From Armatimonadota bacterium (GTDB taxonomy: Bacteria; Sysuimicrobiota; Sysuimicrobiia; Sysuimicrobiales; Humicultoraceae): DNA of 17,722 bases. Position 1 is the first letter of the stretch; each line of letters begins with the position of its first letter. Made by a program: the position numbers and the translations under genes. The stretch lies in assembly GCA_052386995.1 (NCBI GenBank), contig JBQTJP010000044.1:1-17722 (forward strand), in the 5' to 3' direction. This document shows, piece after piece, positions 9,194 through 15,567 of this stretch. The notes under the pieces were generated by a model. It was not told the DNA's origin, searched no databases, and was given only the letters and a program-made list of their open reading frames with translations.

Positions 9194-10341
9194 GCCCGGC
9201 CGGTCCGCCGGTCTACATCGCCGGTGTTGCGGAGACGCCGCTGGGCGAAGTGCACGACCAGACCGAGTATTCCATGGTTGCGCTTGCGGCCCGTGAGGCG
9301 CTGGCTGAGGCGGGTATGACGCTGAAAGATGTCGACGGCATCTTCGTCAACTATATGGGCGAGGAAGGCTCCGTCCAGGTCGGTGAGTACCTTGGCATAC
9401 AGCCGCGGTACAGCGATTCGTCCGACCTCGGCGGCGCGGCATTCGAGGCGTTTGTTCATCACGGCATGCTGGCGGTGGCCGCCGGCCGGTGCGAAGTGGC
9501 GCTCATCGCGTTCGCATCACGCCAGCGCAGCCGCCGGTTGCGGAGGCGAACCCTGGCGTCGGACGACATGTCGCTCACCGCGCAGTTCGACACCCCCTAC
9601 GGACTCCCGGTCCCTATCGGCAACTACGCCCTGGTGGCGGCGCGGCACATGTATCAGTACGGCACCACACCCGAGCAACTCGCGGAGATCGCCGTCGCAG
9701 CGCGTCTGTGGGCGCAGCGCAACCCGAAGGCGTGGGTGCGCGATCCCCTGACGGTGGAGGACGTGGTCACCTCGCGCATGATCTGTGATCCCATTCGCAA
9801 GCTCGACTGCTGTCTCATCACCGACGGCGGGGGTGTCGTCGTGCTCACCAACGCGGCGCGCGCGCGTGACGCGGCCAGGCCGCCGGTGCGTGTCCTGGGG
9901 GCGGGTGAGAGCCACACGCACTGGCACATGGCGCAAATGCCCGACATGACCGTGTCACCCGGGAGGGCCTCGGGCCGCGACGCCTTCGCCATGGCGGGGA
10001 TCACGCCGGCGAACGTCGATGTCTTCGAGCCGTACGACGCGTTTACGATCACGGTGCTGATGGCGTTGGAGGACCTGGGATTTTGTGCGAAGGGCGAGGG
10101 AGGCTCATTCGCCGCGACCGGCGCTCTCCGGCCCGGTGGGGCGTTGCCCTCGATGACCTCGGGCGGCGGGCTCTCGTACAATCATCCCGGCGCGCTCGGC
10201 GTGCTGCTGCTCATCGAGGCCGTCAGGCAGCTGCGTGGAGAGGCCGGCGACCGTCAGGTGCCCGATGCGCGGATCGCCGTGGCGCACGGCAACGGCGGCT
10301 TCTTCTCGGTGGGATCGACCGTGGTGCTGGCCCGTGACTGA
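9190..10341 (+). CDS. SCP-x type thiolase-superfamily protein (Ltp2/nonspecific lipid-transfer-like), lacking the canonical catalytic cysteines
   Basis: 383 aa. AARHMYQYGTT.EQLA.IAV, SRMI.DP..KLDCCLITDGGG, YDAFT, EDLGFC.KGEGG, SGGGLSYNHPG, EAVRQLRG and AHGNGG. RBS AAGGAG upstream; ATGA overlap. Confidence 0.9.
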   Translation: MSPAGPPVYIAGVAETPLGEVHDQTEYSMVALAAREALAEAGMTLKDVDGIFVNYMGEEGSVQVGEYLGIQPRYSDSSDLGGAAFEAFVHHGMLAVAAGRCEVALIAFASRQRSRRLRRRTLASDDMSLTAQFDTPYGLPVPIGNYALVAARHMYQYGTTPEQLAEIAVAARLWAQRNPKAWVRDPLTVEDVVTSRMICDPIRKLDCCLITDGGGVVVLTNAARARDAARPPVRVLGAGESHTHWHMAQMPDMTVSPGRASGRDAFAMAGITPANVDVFEPYDAFTITVLMALEDLGFCAKGEGGSFAATGALRPGGALPSMTSGGGLSYNHPGALGVLLLIEAVRQLRGEAGDRQVPDARIAVAHGNGGFFSVGSTVVLARD

Positions 10342-10810
10342 GCCGTGCGTGCCGGCGCGCTCCGCGGAGGCTCCGCCGGCGTACGGCGACGCGCTCACCG
10401 CGCCGTTTTGGGAGGCCGCGGCGCGGCACGAGCTGATCATCCAGCGGTGCCAAACATGTGGAATGCATCAATTTTATCCGCGGCCTTTCTGCCTGGCATG
10501 CGAGTCGAATGATGTGCTCTGGGTGTCCGCCGCGGGGACCGGCACCGTGTACTCGATGACCACGGTGCGCATGCACGTGTCCCCCGAGTTGGTGCCTCCG
10601 TATATCGTGGCCATCGTCGAGCTCGACGAAGGCCCGCGACTGATGGCCAACATCGTTGAGGGGATCTGCCGGATCGGCGACCGCGTGCAGGTGACGTGGC
10701 GCGAACGCGCCGGAGCCCCGCCGCTCCACGTGTTTCGGCCCGCCGCCGGCGAGTCTGAAGGCGGACGGCCCCAGACTGCAGCGAAGGAGACCCGGGATGG
10801 GCAGGCTTGA
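10334..10810 (+). CDS. DUF35 family Zn-ribbon + OB-fold protein (ChsH2 C-terminal-like; thiolase partner)
   Basis: The likely start is GTG 10334, overlapping the thiolase stop. Motifs PFWEAA, IQRCQTCG..QFYPRPFCLAC (two CxxC), GTVYSMT and PY.VAIVELDEGPRLMANI. Confidence 0.9.
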   Translation: MTEPCVPARSAEAPPAYGDALTAPFWEAAARHELIIQRCQTCGMHQFYPRPFCLACESNDVLWVSAAGTGTVYSMTTVRMHVSPELVPPYIVAIVELDEGPRLMANIVEGICRIGDRVQVTWRERAGAPPLHVFRPAAGESEGGRPQTAAKETRDGQA

Positions 10811-11732
10811 CGGCCGCGTCGCGATCGTGACCGGTGCCGGTCGAGGGCTGGGGCGCGCGCATGCCCTGCTGCTCGCCGCCGAGGGCGCGAGCGTGGTCGT
10901 CAATGACCTTGGCGCCGATGTCCACGGTCAGGGCGCCGACGCGACGCCGGCGCAGCAGGTGGTCGCGGAGATCGCGGCGGCGGGCGGCCGCGGGGTGGTC
11001 AGCGGGCACGATGTCGCCGACTGGAATCAGGCGCAGGCGCTCATCCGCACAGCCGTTGACGCCTTCGGGGATCTCCACATACTGGTCAACAACGCGGGCA
11101 TCCTGCGCGATCGCACGCTGGTCAACATGACGGAGGACGAGTGGGACGCGGTCCTTCGCGTGCACCTCAAAGGCCATGCGGTGCCCACCCGTCACGCCGT
11201 CGCCTACTGGCGCGAGCAATCGAAGAACGGGCACCAGGTGAAGGCGTCGGTGATTCACACCTCGTCGCTCTCGGGGCTCATCGGAAATTTCGGACAGGCC
11301 AACTACGCCTCCGCAAAACTGGCCGTGCTGGCGCTGTCCCGCGTGGTCGCACTCGAGGCGGCGCGGTACGGCGTGCGGTCCAACGCGGTCTCGCCGTCGG
11401 CGCGCACCCGCCTGTCGCTGAGCACCCCGGGCGCCCAGGAGAGTTTGAAGCCTGCCGCCGAAGGCGAGTTCGACCCGCTCGATCCCGCCAATGTGTCGCC
11501 GCTGATCGTATGGCTGGCGCAGGCCGACTGTCCCGCGACGTCGCAGGTGTTCCATGTGCACGGCAATCAGATCTTTGTCATGTCGATGCCGTCTATCGTG
11601 CACCGCCTCAAGACCAGGGGGCGTTGGACGCTGGACGCGCTCGATCGCGAACTCCCCGGCAGGCTCGTGAGGCCGCTCGATCTGCAGGACTTCTCCATCA
11701 GGGCAATCAATGGGAGTGGCGATGCGCTTTGA
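10797..11732 (+). CDS. Short-chain dehydrogenase/reductase, MFE-2/HSD17B4 dehydrogenase-like (putative 3-hydroxyacyl-CoA dehydrogenase)
   Basis: TGAGRGLG, VVVNDLG, NNAGILRDR, VHLKGH, TSS..G..GNFGQANYASAK (Ser-Tyr-Lys). These match the dehydrogenase domain of multifunctional enzyme 2. Confidence 0.9.
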   Translation: MGRLDGRVAIVTGAGRGLGRAHALLLAAEGASVVVNDLGADVHGQGADATPAQQVVAEIAAAGGRGVVSGHDVADWNQAQALIRTAVDAFGDLHILVNNAGILRDRTLVNMTEDEWDAVLRVHLKGHAVPTRHAVAYWREQSKNGHQVKASVIHTSSLSGLIGNFGQANYASAKLAVLALSRVVALEAARYGVRSNAVSPSARTRLSLSTPGAQESLKPAAEGEFDPLDPANVSPLIVWLAQADCPATSQVFHVHGNQIFVMSMPSIVHRLKTRGRWTLDALDRELPGRLVRPLDLQDFSIRAINGSGDAL

Positions 11733-12573
11733 TGTTTCAAAGCTGGGCGCCTGGTCGCGGGAGTACGAATTCACGATAGAGGCCGACCACCTCAGAGCCT
11801 ACGCTGCGGCGACCAATGACGAAGGCCCCGTCTACGCGGCCGGACGCCTCGCGCCGCCCGTGTATGCCTACGTGCCGAGCATCGAAGCCGTCTCGGCGGC
11901 AATGGACCTGGCCGTGCCCAGGGAAGATCGCCGATGGGGCCTGCACGGCAAACAGGACATTGTCTTCCATGAGGCGATCGTTGCCGGCATGGTGCTCCGC
12001 ACGAGGGCCACGCCGGTCGGCGTGCACCGGAAGGCGTCGGGGACGGCGCTGGTGATCAAAACGGAGACGCGCGACCAAAGCGGCCGACTGGTAAACGAGC
12101 AGTACGGGACAGCATTTTTCCCGGGTGTCCGAGATGGTTCAAGCGGCGGCGACGTCGCCCCAGACCACCGGTTCCCACAGGACGCGCGAAAGACCGACGC
12201 GTTCGCCCGGGTCGTCGCGGGCATCGCCCTTGACCAGGCCTACCGCTACGCCGAGGCGTCAGGCGACCGGTCGCCCATCCATCTCGATGCGGACTTCGCC
12301 CGATCGGTCGGGCTGCCGGGTATCATTCTCCACGGCATGTGCACGATGGCGATGACCGGCCGCGCCGTGGTCGAAACCGCCTGCGCGGGCGACCCCACGC
12401 GCTTGAAGCGGCTGGCCGTGCGCTTCTCGCATCCGGTGCTGCCCGGCCAGGAGATCACGACCCACATTTGGACCGCGGGCGCGCGCGATGGCCACGCGCT
12501 CTATGCGTTCGAGACGCTGAACGCGATGAAGAAAGCGGTCATCCGGGACGGGCTCGCCGAAGTCGCCGGCTGA
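11722..12573 (+). CDS. Double-hotdog MaoC-family (R)-specific enoyl-CoA hydratase (hydratase-2-like)
   Basis: The likely start is ATG 11722, with GGGAG 5 nt upstream. N-domain YAAATND, APP and LHGKQ. C-domain hydratase-2 motif YAEASGDRSPIHLD.DFA..VGLPG.ILHGMCT, then VRFSHPV.PG. Confidence 0.9.
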   Translation: MRFDVSKLGAWSREYEFTIEADHLRAYAAATNDEGPVYAAGRLAPPVYAYVPSIEAVSAAMDLAVPREDRRWGLHGKQDIVFHEAIVAGMVLRTRATPVGVHRKASGTALVIKTETRDQSGRLVNEQYGTAFFPGVRDGSSGGDVAPDHRFPQDARKTDAFARVVAGIALDQAYRYAEASGDRSPIHLDADFARSVGLPGIILHGMCTMAMTGRAVVETACAGDPTRLKRLAVRFSHPVLPGQEITTHIWTAGARDGHALYAFETLNAMKKAVIRDGLAEVAG

Positions 12574-12618
12574 CAACGTCGCGGCACACCCCCGGCCTTC
12601 CGGCGCCCGCGCCGCCCA

Positions 12619-12647
12619 TTGACAGGTGGCGTCACTCAATGCATATT
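12619..12647 (+). promoter_or_regulatory. Sigma70-type promoter of the GntR-ddl-dapF operon
   Basis: TTGACA (12619-12624), a 17 bp spacer, then CATATT (12642-12647), in an intergenic gap of an otherwise GC-rich sequence. Confidence 0.8.
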
Positions 12648-12669
12648 TGTCCTAGTGGGACTAGGACAA
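12647..12669. promoter_or_regulatory. Perfect inverted repeat, putative GntR operator
   Basis: TTGTCCTAGT-GGG-ACTAGGACAA: 10 bp arms and a 3 bp spacer, covering the predicted transcription start and ending 4 bp before the GntR ATG. Confidence 0.8.
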
Positions 12670-12673
12670 GTAG

Positions 12674-13669
12674 ATGCGCCTTTCTCTCGACCGCGACGGC
12701 ACGACCTCGCTGACCGGGCAGCTCAAGGCACAGATTCGCCATCTCATCCTGTCCGGCCATCTCGCCAGCGGAGCCCGGCTGCCCACGGTGCGGACACTGG
12801 CCGGCTTCCTGCGCGTCAATCGCAACACGGTCGCGCGGGCCTACGCCGAGCTCCAGACCGAGGGGGTCTTGGACGCCAGACCGGGCCGCGGCACGCGCGT
12901 GGCGTGGGCGCCGCCGTCCCCGCGAGCATCGCAGGCGCTCACCGCGCAGATCGACCGGCTACTCTCTACCGCGTCGGATGCCGGTGTCGAGGTCGACGAC
13001 CTCATCGCCACGCTCGCGATGCGGGCCGGTCACCGGCGATTGCCGGAGCGTCCGCGTATCGGCTTTGTCGAGTGCAACCCGGTGGATCTCACGTACTTCG
13101 CCCGGCTCGTGCGCACCGCGGTCGACGTTCCGGTGATGGGTATCGTGCTGGCCGATTTGCCGCGCCGAGCGGAGCAAGCGCGGGGGATCGATCTTCTGGC
13201 GACCACGTTCTTTCACGTGGAGGAAGTCCGCCGCCGTTGTCCGGGGATCGAAGTCGTCGGGCTCATGGCCCTTCCCGACTTTCGGACGCTGGAGGAGGTT
13301 GCGCAACTCCCGAAAACCGCGCGCGTGGGACTCATCTGCGCCACGGCCGAAGGCGTGCGCAGCAAGGCCCGGTCGCTCGAAGCGGTCGGACTGCGCACGC
13401 CGCGTCTGGCGACCGCAACCCTCGACTATCCGGCGACGCTGCTGCAGCTGCTGGGACGGTCGGAGGTCATTCTGGCGGCCCCGCGCGTTATTGATCGCAT
13501 CCGCGCCGCGATTCCGGCGGGATCCAGGGTCATCCCGTTCGCCAGCGTCTTGAGCGATGGGGCGGTGGCACTCCTGCATGAGCGCATCGCCGCGTGGAGG
13601 CTCCGGCACCGGGCCATGGGGCCATCGCGCGCGCGCGGGACGCGCGGGGGCAGAAAGATTCCTGCATGA
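12674..13669 (+). CDS. GntR family transcriptional regulator (YtrA-like wHTH with a long C-terminal extension)
   Basis: N-terminal QL..QIR.LILSG.L..GARLPTVR.LA..L.VNRNTVARAY.EL..EG......GRGT. Then two amphipathic helices and about 200 aa of alpha/beta pattern starting RIGFVECN. Confidence 0.9.
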   Translation: MRLSLDRDGTTSLTGQLKAQIRHLILSGHLASGARLPTVRTLAGFLRVNRNTVARAYAELQTEGVLDARPGRGTRVAWAPPSPRASQALTAQIDRLLSTASDAGVEVDDLIATLAMRAGHRRLPERPRIGFVECNPVDLTYFARLVRTAVDVPVMGIVLADLPRRAEQARGIDLLATTFFHVEEVRRRCPGIEVVGLMALPDFRTLEEVAQLPKTARVGLICATAEGVRSKARSLEAVGLRTPRLATATLDYPATLLQLLGRSEVILAAPRVIDRIRAAIPAGSRVIPFASVLSDGAVALLHERIAAWRLRHRAMGPSRARGTRGGRKIPA

Positions 13670-14649
13670 GCCGCCTGCGCGTCGGCGTCCTGATGGGCGG
13701 CCGGTCGCCCGAGCACGAGATCTCACTGGCCAGCGGCCGCCGGGTGCTGGCGGCGCTCGATGCCAATCGCTACAGTGCCGTCGCCGTTGAAGTGCCGCGT
13801 TCCGGCGCATGGTTCCCTTCGCCTGACTTCGACGTCGCATTCATCGCCATGCACGGCCCCTTCGGGGAAGACGGGACGATTCAAGGACTCCTCGAATTCG
13901 CGGGAATCCCCTACGTTGGTTCCGGAGTGCTGGCCAGCGCGCTGGGGATGGACAAGCGGCGGTCGCGCCAGATCTTTGGCTTCAACGACATCCCCACTCC
14001 GGGATACCTGGTGGTCGGCCGGGACGAGTTCCCCGAACGCGAGCCAACGCTGGCCTCCGACATCGCTCAGACGCTCGGCTTCCCGTGCGTCGTCAAACCC
14101 AACGCGCAGGGCAGCAGCATCGGCGTCAGCATCGTCGGTGACTCGGAGCACCTGGGGTCCGCGCTGGACGTGGCATTCGGCCTCGACGGCACGGTCCTCA
14201 TCGAAGAGTACCTGAGCGGCACCGAGCTGACCTGTGCCATTCTCGATGACCCGGCCTCGACCGAGCCCGTGGCGCTGCCATTGGTCGAGATCGTCCCGAA
14301 GCGGGAGTTCTTCAACTACGAAGCCAAGTACACCGCGGGGGCGGCCGACGAGATTTGCCCGGCGCGCGTTTCCCCTGAGGCCGCCGGGCGCGCGCAGGCC
14401 ACGGCGCTCCGCGCCTATCGGGCCCTGGGGTGCATCGACTTCGCGCGCGTGGACCTGTTCGTCCGTGGGGCCGATGTGGCAATCCTGGAGGTGAATACGA
14501 TTCCCGGTCTCACCGAGGGCAGCCTCTTCCCTATCGCCGCCAGGACGGCCGGGATCGAGTTCACGGCGCTCATCGAGCGCCTGGTCGGCCTGGCGATGCG
14601 AAGGACGGAACGCGCGCGCGCGCGTGCCGTCAGGTCAGGGCCCGCATGA
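13666..14649 (+). CDS. ddl: D-alanine--D-alanine ligase (short DdlB-type ATP-grasp)
   Basis: The likely start is ATG 13666 (ATGA overlap). VLMGG.S.EHEISL.SG, AFIAMHGPFGEDG.IQG, PYVGSGVLASALGMDK, VVKP..QGSSIG, omega loop FFNYEAKY, ARVD and EVNTIPG.T..SL.P. Confidence 0.93.
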   Translation: MSRLRVGVLMGGRSPEHEISLASGRRVLAALDANRYSAVAVEVPRSGAWFPSPDFDVAFIAMHGPFGEDGTIQGLLEFAGIPYVGSGVLASALGMDKRRSRQIFGFNDIPTPGYLVVGRDEFPEREPTLASDIAQTLGFPCVVKPNAQGSSIGVSIVGDSEHLGSALDVAFGLDGTVLIEEYLSGTELTCAILDDPASTEPVALPLVEIVPKREFFNYEAKYTAGAADEICPARVSPEAAGRAQATALRAYRALGCIDFARVDLFVRGADVAILEVNTIPGLTEGSLFPIAARTAGIEFTALIERLVGLAMRRTERARARAVRSGPA

Positions 14650-14667
14650 CCGAAGACTCGGCCTGAC

Positions 14668-15567
14668 GTGAGCGCCGTCATGCCTCCCTCCGGAAGAAAC
14701 TGGATCATCAAATCGCATGCGCTGGGCAACGACTATCTCGTGGTGGATCCAACGGCACTCAGTTTTTCGCTGACACCGGATGTGGTCCGCCGCATCTGCG
14801 ACCGGCACCTGGGGGTCGGATCGGACGGCATCCTGGCGCTTGCACCGTCCGGCCGGGCCGATTTCGGCCTGAGAATCTATAACCCCGACGGCAGCGAGGC
14901 CGAGAAGAGCGGCAACGGCCTGCGGATCTTTGCCAAGTTTCTCTACGACCACGGCTATACTACGAAGCCGGCATTCAGCGTGGACACCGCGGGAGGCGTC
15001 GCGCGCATCGCGCTCCATCTCATGAACGGCCGCATCGATCAGATGACCGTCGACGTGGGACGCGCGACGTTTCTGAGCACGGACATTCCGGTGGCGGGAC
15101 CGTCCCGCGAGGTTGTCGACGAGGAGCTCGAGGCTGCCGGCCGCCGCCTGCGCTTCACGGCGGTCTCTGTAGGGAACCCTCACTGCGTCGTCTTCGTGCC
15201 CGACCTGCGCCAGGTGGATCTGCGCGCGCTTGGCCCTGCGCTGGAGAATCATCCCCAGTTTCCCAGGCGCACGAACGTCCAGTTCGCCCAGGTTGCCGCG
15301 CGCGATCGTGTCAACATTCTCATCTGGGAGCGGGGCGCGGGCGAGACCATGGCCTCGGGGACGAGCGCGAGCGCCGTGGCGGCGGCGTCGGTACGCCGGG
15401 GCCTGACCGGCCGCGACCTGACGATCTCGGCCCCCGGAGGCGATCTGCGCATCGCCGTCGGCGAGGACTGGAGCATCCGCATGACCGGCCCCGCTGAGGA
15501 AGTGTACACCGGTACGCTGAGCGCCGAGCTCGTCGCGGCGCTGGAAACGATCAGCACCCGGTCATGA
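14668..15567 (+). CDS. dapF: Diaminopimelate epimerase family protein with Ser at both catalytic Cys positions
   Basis: KSHALGNDY, CDRH.GVGSDG, IYNPDGSEAEKSGNGLR, VSVGNPHCV, FP.RTNVQF, WERGAGETMASGTSA and MTGPA. Start is GTG 14668 or ATG 14680. Confidence 0.85.
   Translation: MSAVMPPSGRNWIIKSHALGNDYLVVDPTALSFSLTPDVVRRICDRHLGVGSDGILALAPSGRADFGLRIYNPDGSEAEKSGNGLRIFAKFLYDHGYTTKPAFSVDTAGGVARIALHLMNGRIDQMTVDVGRATFLSTDIPVAGPSREVVDEELEAAGRRLRFTAVSVGNPHCVVFVPDLRQVDLRALGPALENHPQFPRRTNVQFAQVAARDRVNILIWERGAGETMASGTSASAVAAASVRRGLTGRDLTISAPGGDLRIAVGEDWSIRMTGPAEEVYTGTLSAELVAALETISTRS

Noticed and set aside
12574..12618. Possible intrinsic terminator after the hydratase gene
   Set aside because: Only short GC hairpins (CCGG-CCTT-CCGG, GGCG-CCCG-CGCC) with no U-tract.
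6558..13665. Longest-ORF starts at 6558, 7634, 10235, 11710 and 13594
   Set aside because: Each extends into the upstream gene with non-homologous sequence. Downstream starts at stop-codon overlaps or after an RBS (6693, 7694, 10334, 11722, 13666) fit better.
14611..14624. (CG)n runs here and near 13626-13637
   Set aside because: Short, in-frame Arg-Ala codon runs at protein C-termini, with no sign of phase variation.
13666..14649. Possible Van-type D-Ala-D-Lac or D-Ala-D-Ser ligase
   Set aside because: The omega loop is NYEAKY with the Tyr typical of D-Ala-D-Ala ligases, and no vanH, vanX, vanT or vanRS-like genes are present.
14668..15567. dapF as a pseudogene because the catalytic Cys residues are lost
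   Set aside because: The ORF is full length, the other motifs are intact, and both sites changed to the same conservative residue.
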